DNA of 15,666 nucleotides, taken from Paraspadella gotoi. Taxonomy: Eukaryota > Animalia > Chaetognatha. The translations under genes were made by a program, and so were the position numbers. The stretch is from the NCBI GenBank assembly GCA_051294375.1, contig CM119270.1, forward strand, positions 6,180,600-6,196,265. The letters are read 5' to 3'. The notes under the pieces were generated by a model. It searched no databases and had not been told where the DNA came from. It saw only the letters and a program-made list of their open reading frames with translations. The number at the start of each line of letters is the position of its first letter. Position 1 is the first letter of the stretch. Positions 1-9,393 of the stretch are shown here, in pieces.

Positions 1-334
1 GGATGGGATGGAAGGAAGGAAGAAGAGATGAAAAGAAAGAAAGTGAAAGGAAAATAGGAAAAAGGGAGCTTGGGTTTCGCGAAAGAGAATGAGAGGGAAA
101 AAATACATTAAAAATGTATATAAGAGGCAGAATACGAGTAGAGAAATTTTTTAAAAAACACTAGGACCAGAATTGCATAAAAGGAAGTTAGCAAGGATAG
201 AGGGATAGAGGGATAGAGAGAGAGTGAGAGGAGAGAGAAGTTTTCCCGCCCAGCCATTTTTTCAAGTAGCTTCGCCTCTCACCTTATTTTTTCCTCAGAT
301 CTCTAAAGGTTTGACACAGTTACAGAAAAATTGT

Positions 335-335
<1 letters not shown>

Positions 336-380
<45 letters not shown>
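336..380. repeat. (CGT)15 trinucleotide microsatellite
   Basis: Perfect CGT/TCG run read directly; explains the poly-Ser in ORF 224..499. Confidence 0.95.
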
Positions 381-465
381 TTTTCTCTTCGTCTTTTCCC
401 TTTTTTTCTGTTATTGTTTTTTTAATAAACATAATCATATTCCATCACATCAATTATCCTTTTGA

Positions 466-792
466 TCTATTCATGTCGATGTACTTGTACGTACGTTAAA
501 AGCATGAGAGGTGAACTCATATCATTTTTTTTAAAATCCGCAAGAACAACTAAATCGTATCTTTTCTTTCTTATGTTTTGTTTTTCTCTTTTTTCATTTT
601 TTTCTCCAATTTTATCGATTTTCGCCACATTTTTTGGATCCGAGATAATTTTTTTTTTCCATTTTTTTTCTTTTGAGGCTTAAAATCATTACAACCCAAA
701 AAAAAATGAGCGCCTCCTATGAATACCCAAAAAAAAAAGACATTCTGGCAACACGATTTGGGAGTTTTATCTCTCTCTCTGCTCTCTCTCTA

Positions 793-849
<57 letters not shown>

Positions 850-950
850 CTCTCCTTCCTCTCTCACAAAATCTTTTTTTTTTATTTCCGTATTCGAGGA
901 AGTTTTATCGTTGAAACTCGAATCCTAATATCTTTTTCATCTCTCTCTCC

Positions 951-1008
<58 letters not shown>

Positions 1009-1457
1009 GGATCAAAATTCTCCAAAAACGGTTTAGATGAGGAAGAAGTGATGGGTGTCGCTTCATCCCCTTCCTCCTCCTCCTCCTCCTCCTCTTCCTC
1101 CATTTCTTTTTCCTCTTCCTCCTCTTCCTCTTCCTCCTACTCCTCCTCCTCCTCCATTCCTCCCCTTCCCTCCTTATCACAATAGACCTCAATTTCAACA
1201 GGAGAGAATCCAATTCTACAAGGAGGCAGACATTGCAGACGAAGGAAAGGAAAGGAGGAAAGAGAGGAGGAGGAAGAGGAGGAAAGGAAAGGAACCGAGG
1301 AGCACGACACTGATAATGTAGTCGAAAACGACGATGCTGGGTTAAAGGTTTTTGAGGGGGCGGCGGCGGGGGGGGGGGAGAAAGAGAACGAGAGCGAGAG
1401 GGAGATAAAGAGAAAGAAAAAGAGAGAGTCAATTACGGTGACTCCAAGCTCGTTCAA
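466..1457 (-). CDS. possible fragmented exons of an unknown protein (Glu-rich linker; segments LRLQCLPPCRIGFSPVEIEVYCDK and KKRYDLVVLADFKKNDMSSPLMLL)
   Basis: Protein-like non-repetitive segments on - are separated by GTGAGA-(GA)n-AG candidate introns (925-1008; donor also at 867). The exon phases do not join cleanly and there is a TAG in the Glu run. No family recognised. Confidence 0.2.
771..1006. repeat. two (CT)n microsatellite tracts (~771-842, ~941-1006)
   Basis: Read directly; source of the SLSL/RERE ORF translations. Confidence 0.9.
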
Positions 1458-1730
1458 TCTTGACGCCGCTTTTTTTATTATTTCTTTTCTTTTTTTTTTT
1501 ACTCTCTTCCCAAGAATGATGAGTATCAGTTATTAGTTTCGCCATATCTTTATTCGAACTGCATCCGTAAATTTAGAAAAAAAAAAATGGAAAAATCCTA
1601 TACTACCCACGGAAACTTTACTCGCAATTCCCCTGCCGTTTGTCGCCATTCACTTTACCGTCTGTCACCCGATTGCTATTTGTTGACTTTTGATTTGTCA
1701 TCTATAAAAGTATCCCCATCTGTTGTTCTC

Positions 1731-1956
1731 CCCTTCCCATCTGTCACCCCATCGCTATCCGTCGTCGTATGCCTTCCTATCAGTCACCCCATCGCCATCA
1801 GTCGTTCAATGCCCTCGCATCTGTCACCCCATCGCTATCAGTCGTCGTATGCCCTCCTATCTGTCACCCCATCGCAATCAGTCGTCCTCTGCCCTCCTAT
1901 CTGTCACCCCATCGCTATCAGTCGTCCTACGCCCTCCCATCTATAACCCCATCGCC
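1731..1956. repeat. 40-bp minisatellite, ~5.5 copies, unit CTGTCACCCCATCGCTATCAGTCGTCGTATGCCCTCCTAT
   Basis: Unit starts at 1741, 1781, 1821, 1861, 1901 and 1941 (exact 40-nt period, substitutions only). A degenerate copy lies near 1662. Confidence 0.95.
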
Positions 1957-2049
1957 TACCACTCCGCATTCTATCGTCATTTGTCGCCCAAAGATTCGGA
2001 TTCTAATGGAAAAAGCGTCGAGCGAAAACTACGCCAGCGAAACATAACG

Positions 2050-2055
2050 AAAGAC

Positions 2056-2154
<99 letters not shown>

Positions 2155-2178
2155 AAAAAAGAAAGAAAGAAAGAAAGA
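2050..2178. repeat. (AAAG)n tetranucleotide microsatellite
   Basis: Read directly. Confidence 0.95.
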
Positions 2179-2284
2179 ACGAAAAAAAAAGAAAAAGAAA
2201 AAGTGATGAGCAAAATGCTTGAAAAACGTTTGAAAATGGTTTCTAGACGCGAAATGATAACCGGAGCCGTGGAAACAACATCGG

Positions 2285-2286
<2 letters not shown>

Positions 2287-2358
<72 letters not shown>

Positions 2359-2360
2359 TC

Positions 2361-2412
<52 letters not shown>

Positions 2413-2416
2413 CTCT
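2287..2416. repeat. (CT)n microsatellite
   Basis: Read directly. Confidence 0.95.
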
Positions 2417-2884
2417 TACCCTTACTCTCAAATGGAATTTGGAAAGGAGCGGGGTTAAGGTTATCGGTGAAAGGAATAGCACCGACATTTTCTAAAATTT
2501 TAGAACAAAAAAAAAAGTAAAATTGTAAAAAATGGTTATTTTTCCCCCGTTCAGCCTAAATTTCGAATTAGTTTTTAGTTTAAGGATTAAATTTAAAGGA
2601 TTAGATCAATTATCAGGCGAGAGATTAGGAATTAAAGTAAGGCTTAGGGTTAGAGATTAGATATTCAGTAAAAATTAAGAAAAGAAATGGAACGCTTTTG
2701 TGAATGTTTGATTGAAGGAACTTTTTTTTATTGTTTACTTTGCGACAGATCGAGTAACAAACATCAAGCAAAAAAAAAAAAGAACATCTTTTTTTTTCTG
2801 CTCAACATCTAAAGGTGACGACAAAATTTCATCAGAAATTCATGAAAATCTCAAGACTTTGCGTCTGAGAGAAAGATATGGCTT

Positions 2885-2888
<4 letters not shown>

Positions 2889-2937
<49 letters not shown>
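2889..2937. repeat. (AG)n microsatellite
   Basis: Read directly. Confidence 0.95.
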
Positions 2938-2939
<2 letters not shown>

Positions 2940-3229
2940 CTTGTGTTTTTATATTTTAACCATTTTGGATTTTTCATTTTACCCTCTGGCCTTTTTCGTT
3001 GAGGGAAGGTTTTTGTCCCTGATGTAGGCATGAAAATTTAATGGTTGATTTTATTTCGAACGGAGAAGCGACTGTCAGAAAGAGAAAGAGACAGAAGGAA
3101 AGACAGAAAGATATATTTACAACGAAAAAGGGACAGAGAGCAAGACATCTCAGACATAAATTCTTTTTTTTCTTTCGCCTTTGGCAGATATACGTGATTA
3201 ATAATTTAAACAATCGATAGATTCGATAC

Positions 3230-3237
3230 TATATAAA
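3230..3237 (+). promoter_or_regulatory. TATA-like box (TATATAAA) ~30 nt upstream of the structured RNA candidate
   Basis: TATATAAA at 3230-3237; the GC-rich structured block begins at 3261-3264. The A-run length between them may be inaccurate. Confidence 0.3.
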
Positions 3238-3260
3238 AAAAAAAAAAAAAAAAAAAAATT

Positions 3261-3490
3261 AGAGGTCGGTGTGGAAGACGAGTGCGCGAGAGTTTACCGT
3301 CCGTTGACACAAGGTCCCCGAACTTCGGGATCGGGCTGTAGTCCGTCACTACATTACACATTACTTTGTGTGAATAGCAGGGCGCGAACCCGAGTCCTTT
3401 TGGGTTGGGAGGAGCTCGTGCCATAGGTGCTGCTGTTTCTCGGACGAGTAGTGGGGTATGGAATACTTACCACTACCATGCGGATTTAAA
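3261..3490 (+). ncRNA. unassigned structured RNA candidate (~225 nt, multibranch)
   Basis: Helices: 3298-3303/3441-3446, 3313-3318/3327-3332, 3337-3342/3348-3353, 3354-3360/3367-3373, 3375-3380/3430-3435, 3381-3387/3416-3422, 3388-3393/3400-3405, 3448-3454/3470-3476. Five helices contain G-U pairs on the + strand. It is a GC-rich island in AT-rich flanks, with a T-run at ~3498-3502. Confidence 0.55.
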
Positions 3491-4489
3491 ATTGATATTT
3501 TTCTATTGGTCTTTATTCATGATAAATTTCTTTTATTTAAAAAATAAAATTGTGTAAGTTATAAACAGAATACATTTTCGCTTCGATTGTAAGTATAAAT
3601 ATTACAATTATTTTTCGCTCTGTTTACTCTCCTATATTCCCCAACTTATATTCCCGCGGTTGAGAAATTCCCTTTTTTTCGGGGTTTGGTTGTCGTCGTC
3701 GTCGTTGTTGTTGTAGCGAGACCGCTTCATCAATCGACGCGCGCCATCATCAATCAATTACAATAACGGCCGCGGATCCCCGTTGCCTATGGTGAGACGC
3801 GACGACCTTCGGGCGACCGGCGTTTTCGTCGCGCGTGGGGAAACGGCGTCGTTGCCTGGGGTAGTGGAAACGCCGTCGCCATTAGGTAACAGGCGATCGT
3901 TTCGTCGTCAGGCGATCGTCGTCGGGAAAATTGATTTCGCCGTCGAGAATCGAAGGAAGACTTTTTCGTTTCCAACCTCCTTCGTCCTTCTTCTCCTCTT
4001 CCACTTCTTATCTTTATTTTACTGTTTTCTTCTTTCTCTTCTCTATACTTTTTTCTTCTTTCTTCTTCCTGCTTTTCCTTTTTGTTTCTTTTATTTTTCT
4101 TTCTTTCCTCCTTGGTTTTTCGGAGTCCCGATTTAATTGTGCCCCCCCTCTCACTTTTTATCTTTGGTTTCTTTCTTTTCTGTTCTTTATTCCCTTTTTT
4201 TCCTTTTTTCATTTATTTATTTTCTTCTTATTCTCCACTGTTCTCCTTCTTTCCATCTCATTCTCCTTCTTTTCTTTTTTTTTTATCCTTTCTCGATTCT
4301 CCTTCTCCTCCTTCGTCTTCTATCTCCTCCTTCCTCTCACTCTCAGTACGTGATTTTTTCGTTTTGAGACTTCTTGTTTGACCCATTGGAAAAAAAACTA
4401 TTAGCCCTGAGCCCCTGACTTTTTCGCCTCAGGAACGCCTTTCTCTCTCTCTCTCTTCTCGTCTCTTCTCTCTCTCTCTCTTCTTCTCT

Positions 4490-4525
<36 letters not shown>

Positions 4526-4774
4526 GGTCTGTCATCCTTTGTCCATTTTTTCCGGTCGGGCGCTGGCTGTCACGGTGGATCACGCCGATGTAGGCGGTGC
4601 GCCGCGAAGTGGGCGTGACGCTCAAGATGGCGGGTCTGTGCGGTCGGTCTGTCCTTTTTCCTTCTCATCTTCGTCGATCTTTCATCGACGCACGAGGCAT
4701 CGGTGTTGTTTATGGACGGAATCGTCTCTGTTCTCTGTGCAGTCTCCTGATGGAGGTGTGTCGCTCTCTCTCTC
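3438..4774 (+). repeat. copy 1 of ~1.3-kb direct duplication (probable gap-fill artefact)
   Basis: Collinear with 4800-6097, differing mainly by small indels; both copies end at a 25-N gap. Confidence 0.85.
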
Positions 4775-4799
4775 NNNNNNNNNNNNNNNNNNNNNNNNN

Positions 4800-5812
4800 T
4801 CTCGGACGAGTAGTGGGGTATGAAATACTACCACTACATCGGATTTAAAATTGATATTTTTCCTGATTGTCTTTATCATGATAAAATTGATCGTTTATTT
4901 AAAAAAATAAATTGTGTTTAAGTATAAACATAATACATTTTCGCTTCGATTGTAAGTATAAATATACAATTATTTTCGCTCTGTTTATCTCCTATATTCC
5001 CCACTTTATTCCCGCGGTTAGAAATTCCCTTTTTTTCGGGTTGTTGTCGTCGTCGTCGTTGTTGTTGTAGCGAACCGCTTCATCAATCGACGCCGCCTCA
5101 TCAATCAATTACAATAACGCCGCGATCCCCCGTTGCCATGGGAACGCGACGACCTCGGCGACCGGCGTCGTCGCCGTGGAAACGGCGTCGTTGCCTGGGG
5201 AGGGAAACGCCGTCGCCATGGTAACAGCGATCGTCGTCGTCAAGGCGACGTCGTGGAAATTGATTTCGCCGTCGGAGAATCGAAGGAAGACTTTTTCGTT
5301 TCCAACCTCCTCGTCCTTATTCTCCTCTTCCTACTTCTTATCTTTATTTTACTTCTTCTTCTTTTTCTCCTTCTCTATTACTTTTTTTTCTTCTTCTTCT
5401 TCCTGCTTTTCCTTTTTGTTTCTTTATTTTTCTTCTTCTCCTGGTTTTTCGAGTTCCCGATTCTACATTTTGCCCCCCCCCCTCTCACTTTTTATCTCTG
5501 TTTTCTTTCTTTTCTGTTCTTTATTCTTTTTTTTTCCTTCTTTCATTTATTATTTTCTTCTTATTCTCCACCTGTTCTCCTTCTTTCCATCTCATTCTCC
5601 TTCTTTTCTTTTTTTTTATCCTTTCTCGATTCTCCTTCTCCTCCTCGTCTTCTATCTCCTCCTCCTCTCACTCTCAGTACGTGATTTTCTTTGAGACTTC
5701 TGTTTGACCCATTGGAAAACTATTAGCCCTGAGCCCCTGACTTTTTCGCCTCAGGGAACGCCTTTCTCTCTCTCTCTCTTCTCGTCTCTTCTCTCTCTCT
5801 CTCTTCTTCTCT

Positions 5813-5848
<36 letters not shown>

Positions 5849-6097
5849 GGTCTGTCATCCTTTGTCCATTTTTTCCGGTCGGGCGCTGGCTGTCACGGTG
5901 GATCACGCCGATGTAGGCGGTGCGCCGCGAAGTGGGCGTGACGCTCAAGATGGCGGGTCTGTGCGGTCGGTCTGTCCTTTTTCCTTCTCATCTTCGTCGA
6001 TCTTTCATCGACGCACGAGGCATCGGTGTTGTTTATGGACGGAATCGTCTCTGTTCTCTGTGCAGTCTCCTGATGGAGGTGTGTCGCTCTCTCTCTC
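4800..6097 (+). repeat. copy 2 of ~1.3-kb direct duplication (probable gap-fill artefact)
   Basis: Begins TCTCGGACGAGTAGTGGGG as at 3438. Its last ~370 nt are near-identical to 4400-4774. A third partial copy lies at 6123-6251. Confidence 0.85.
5132..5249. promoter_or_regulatory. cluster of RFX X-box-like palindromes (noisier copy at ~3782-3890)
   Basis: GTTGCCATGGGAAC 5132-5145, GTCGCCGTGGAAAC 5170-5183, GTCGCCATGGTAAC 5212-5225 (exact fit to GTNRCC-N0-3-RGYAAC), GTCGTCAAGGCGAC 5236-5249, and half-sites at 5190-5208. Confidence 0.5.
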
Positions 6098-6122
6098 NNN
6101 NNNNNNNNNNNNNNNNNNNNNN

Positions 6123-6170
6123 CGGATGTAGGCGTGACGCCGGAAGTGGGCGTGACGCTCAAGATGGCGG
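6123..6170 (+). promoter_or_regulatory. promoter-like module: ETS-like CCGGAAGTG, TGACG half-sites and YY1-like CAAGATGGCGG
   Basis: 18-bp direct repeat CGGATGTAGGCGTGACGC / CGGAAGTGGGCGTGACGC followed by TCAAGATGGCGG. Degraded copies at ~4586-4633 and ~5909-5956. Confidence 0.45.
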
Positions 6171-6547
6171 TCTGTCGGTCGGTCTGTCCTTTTTCCTTCT
6201 CATCTTCGTCATCTTTCATCGACGCACGAGGCAATCGGGTTGTTTATGGCGNNNNNNNNNNNNNNNNNNNNNNNNNNNNNNNNNNNNNNNNNNNNNNNNN
6301 NNNNNNNNNNNNNNNNNNNNNNNNNNNNNNNNNNNNNNNNNNNNNNNNNNNNNNNNNNNNNNNNNNNNNNNNNNNNNNNNNNNNNNNNNNNNNNNNNNNN
6401 NNNNNNNNNNNNNNNNNNNNNNNNNNNNNNNNNNNNNNNNNNNNNNNNNNNNNNNNNNNNNNNNNNNNNNNNNNNNNNNNNNNNNNNNNNNNNNNNNNNN
6501 NNNNNNNNNNNNNNNNNNNNNNNNNNNNNNNNNNNNNNNNACAGTTT

Positions 6548-7272
6548 ATAGTTTATTTTTATTTTGATCAGCTATTTTAACACCACAATCGTTTAAACGA
6601 AAACGAAATGAAAGCGTTTGGAGCACAATTATTTGCTCCGACAAATAACTGTGACTGATTGATATGAGGCGAAAAAAGAATACAGATTAAAAACNNNNNN
6701 NNNNNNNNNNNNNNNNNNNCTTCTCCTCTCTTCTTCTCTTCTCGTCCTCTCTCTCTCTCATCTCTATATTTCCGTCTCAATTCTCGCTTCCACAGCCATC
6801 TGCTTTCTGATCCTCTCCAACATTTTTTTACTCCTTTTTTTTTTCTTTCCTTTCATTTTCAGTTTCTTAATCTAGAAAAGTTTGAAACTGGAATTTTACA
6901 AACAAACGCTTTTAATTTTTAATAAAAACGGAGCATTTTTTTTTATGCTGAAATGAAAGGCCCTTGTAGTTAACGCCGAAAACATGTCCGTTTTTTTATT
7001 AAAAATAAGAATCGTCTTGATTGAAACATTCATCTTCAAACTTTTTCTAATAATTATATACACAAGCGAAAAGCAAAAGGAATTATTCGCCACAAAGTTA
7101 TGTTGAATCATGTATCTGTTTGTGTTCGCTCATATAAAATCAGTACACATGAGTTATTTGGTGCGCATGTAAAATAATTGTAGCTGGCGCATCACCAAGA
7201 AAGGCGTTGTCATATTCGTTTTCGAGAGATTGTGGTGGTTAAATAGCTGATCAGAAATAAAAATTAAACTAT
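6548..7272. repeat. imperfect inverted repeat 6548-6694 vs ~7097-7272 across a 25-N gap (probable artefact)
   Basis: ATAGTTTATTTTTATTTTGATCAGCTATTTTAACACCACAATC is the near reverse complement of GATTGTGGTGGTTAAATAGCTGATCAGAAATAAAAATTAAACTAT. The right arm is longer through scattered insertions. Confidence 0.75.
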
Positions 7273-7329
7273 CAATGGAACGTATCTAGGAGAAAAAAGA
7301 TTAGAAACATTTTTATTTAAAAGTTCATT

Positions 7330-8155
7330 ATATTCAATAACAAAATATACAAAACAATGGTAAAATCCATTCTCAAATTTTTGGTATGCCCTTCCCTCGG
7401 CACGAAGCCAACTGCCTGCATTCGTCTGGGAGTAGCATCATCGTAAGCGAATTGAAGTACGCAAGGTGGAATGTTTTTTCCACACCTTTACGCGAAAATT
7501 CTTATTCAGAGGACCCCACGAATGTTGAGATAGTTCCGCACAGGTCTATTGCCATGAGTGAAATTAGTTGCGGGCTAGATTCTTTCCCTCTTTTCCAGCT
7601 AACAAATTGCACCTTTACATGAACCAAAGAGGAGGGCTGTCCTATTAGCATAACCGCAGATATTAGAAGAAAAAAATGAAAAAAAAAATAAACATACATC
7701 ACTTTGAAATGAAGAAAAGCAAAACTCAATACCGTGAAGCAATTGTGCTGTGAAAAACTAAATAGAGGCTCTGATTTTGTGTTTCCACGAACACAGGATA
7801 GACTTGATGATTTTGCACCGTTGAGAGTACGTGAAAAATATTAATTAAGATTGACAATTCGAAGTGTATAATTAGCGGAGGTCGGTTGGGTCTAATAACG
7901 GAAAAAATGGGGAAGAAGCAACTGAATAGGGAAATATTATTAGATGTAGAAATCTGGAACATCCTGATTTTTAAAATCGAGCAAGTTTTCGAGATAGATA
8001 ATCCTTCAATAAAAATGTTTCTCTGAACTTTTGATTTTCCTAGATAGTATAAACTGCGATAATGAGTATTAAAGAATAGGGAGAAAAGATATTATCGGAC
8101 CGGCCAGGATTGTAAGTCTCTCAGAGAAGAAACGGCGCAGATGAACAAATCATGG

Positions 8156-8192
<37 letters not shown>

Positions 8193-8300
8193 CCAGAGGC
8201 TAATGAGTCGGTCGTCTTCGGCGTGGGAGAAACTTGGAACGAAAGAAAAAAATTCGGATTAACGTTGACCCTTGTAAGTATCTCAAGAAAATCAAGATAG
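7330..8300 (-). CDS. leucine-rich repeat protein, downstream exons (frameshifted in this assembly)
   Basis: LRR-like fragments on -: ILTRVNVNPNFF (~8283-8248), RMFQISTSNNIS, IIHFELS..NIFH, QSLYL..HNCFT, LISLMAIDLCG. Candidate intron 7642-7732 (GTATTG...CTAATAG). Frames break often and the boundaries are approximate. Confidence 0.45.
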
Positions 8301-8463
8301 AGAAGGAAAGAAAGGAAAAAAAAGAAAAGAAAAAAGAGAAGAGAAGAGAAGAATGACCTCCACTTAAAAAGATGTCTTTCTCCTCCGCAAATTATGTCTT
8401 CCAACTGATGGACCCTCATCATCATTTTCCTCTTTTTCTTGTGTCACTCATTTTTTTATGCCG

Positions 8464-8517
<54 letters not shown>

Positions 8518-8518
8518 C

Positions 8519-8561
<43 letters not shown>

Positions 8562-8592
8562 CTCTTTCTTTCTCTCTTTCTTTCTTTCTTTC
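8464..8592. repeat. (TTTC)n microsatellite
   Basis: Read directly. Confidence 0.95.
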
Positions 8593-8829
8593 TTTATTTC
8601 TTTTTTCTTTTCTCTTTCTATTTTTTCTTTCTTTTTTTGTACAAAAACATTTTAANNNNNNNNNNNNNNNNNNNNNNNNNNNNNNNNNNNNNNNNNNNNN
8701 NNNNNNNNNNNNNNNNNNNNNNNNATTGACCCGAAGCTGAGGACTGAGAGTCCATTGGCCTCTACGCTGGGTTGCCGAGATAGAATGAGAAAGAGAGAGA
8801 GAATGAGAATGAGAAAGAAAAAAAGAACG

Positions 8830-8867
8830 AAAGAAAGAGAGAAAGAAAGAAAGAAAGAAAGAAAGAC

Positions 8868-8918
<51 letters not shown>
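8830..8918. repeat. (AAAG)n microsatellite
   Basis: Read directly. Confidence 0.95.
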
Positions 8919-9133
8919 AAAAAAAAATTCAGGTAAAAGAAAATAGGACAGAAAGAGATGAGAAATAAAAGTAATATATGATAAATAATAAAAATTGATA
9001 AATTTAAAAATTTAAAAACTAATATAGTAAAACAAGTAATCTAGCATTATTTTATAATAATTAAGACACAAGAAACTCATTGGGGGAAAAAAAAAAGGTT
9101 AATTAAAAAATTTAATTAATTTTATAGTACTTT

Positions 9134-9393
9134 AAAAAAACCTCACGTTTCTCGTTCGATTCCTCGGGTCTCGGGTGAGTTCGAACCACGAGCCAATAAA
9201 AGGTGAGGCAGAGGTTGGTCGGTCGGTCCTCGAGTAAAAACCCGACCTCATCATCTTAGGTCAGTCAGAGAGTCTCTGCCCCAGGACCTCCAGGGATCAA
9301 CCCTCGTGGGGTCGAACCCTTTAGAGGGCGCCCTTTCGGCCCTCGCGGCCCCAACGCTAATGGTCCCGTCGGGCTCTTTCGAGGCCGCGGCCA
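9134..9393 (-). ncRNA. unassigned structured RNA candidate (>=255 nt, 5' end lost in gap)
   Basis: Four-way junction closed by 9384-9389/9344-9349 with a CUC-GAAA-GAG hairpin, plus a second CC-GAAA-GG hairpin. A 12-bp hairpin spans 9292-9320 and another 9242-9264. Helices 9283-9288/9225-9230 and 9274-9280/9207-9213 cross. A terminal stem 9203-9208/9141-9146 is followed by U7 (9140-9134). G-U pairs and GNRA loops favour the - strand. Confidence 0.5.

Noticed and set aside
1731-1956. CRISPR array
   Set aside because: The units are contiguous with no unique spacers, and the context is eukaryotic.
3311-3342. Likeness to RNase MRP CR-I (AAGGTCCCC), an LSU rRNA helix (AACTTCGGGAT) and the SRP Alu motif (CTGTAGTCC)
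   Set aside because: Matches are short. There is no GGGGCTnA partner, no flanking rRNA similarity and no SRP helix-8 motif.
3406-3476. Likeness to pestivirus/HCV IRES IIIe (GCCATAGGTGCTGC), group II intron domain V and the U1 5' end (ATACTTACC)
   Set aside because: No GAUA loop or downstream ORF; AGU replaces the AGC triad and there is no domain VI; the U1-like 9-mer is absent in the second copy.
3261-3490. Telomerase RNA
   Set aside because: No template complementary to TTAGGG/TTAGG/TTTAGGG; it would need an unusual telomere motif.
3745-3770. Adenovirus-ITR-like CATCATCAAT
   Set aside because: Only a 10-nt match, altered in the second copy, with no viral genes nearby.
9150-9195. tRNA from B-box-like GTTCGATTC / GTTCGAACC
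   Set aside because: No cloverleaf can be built on either strand.
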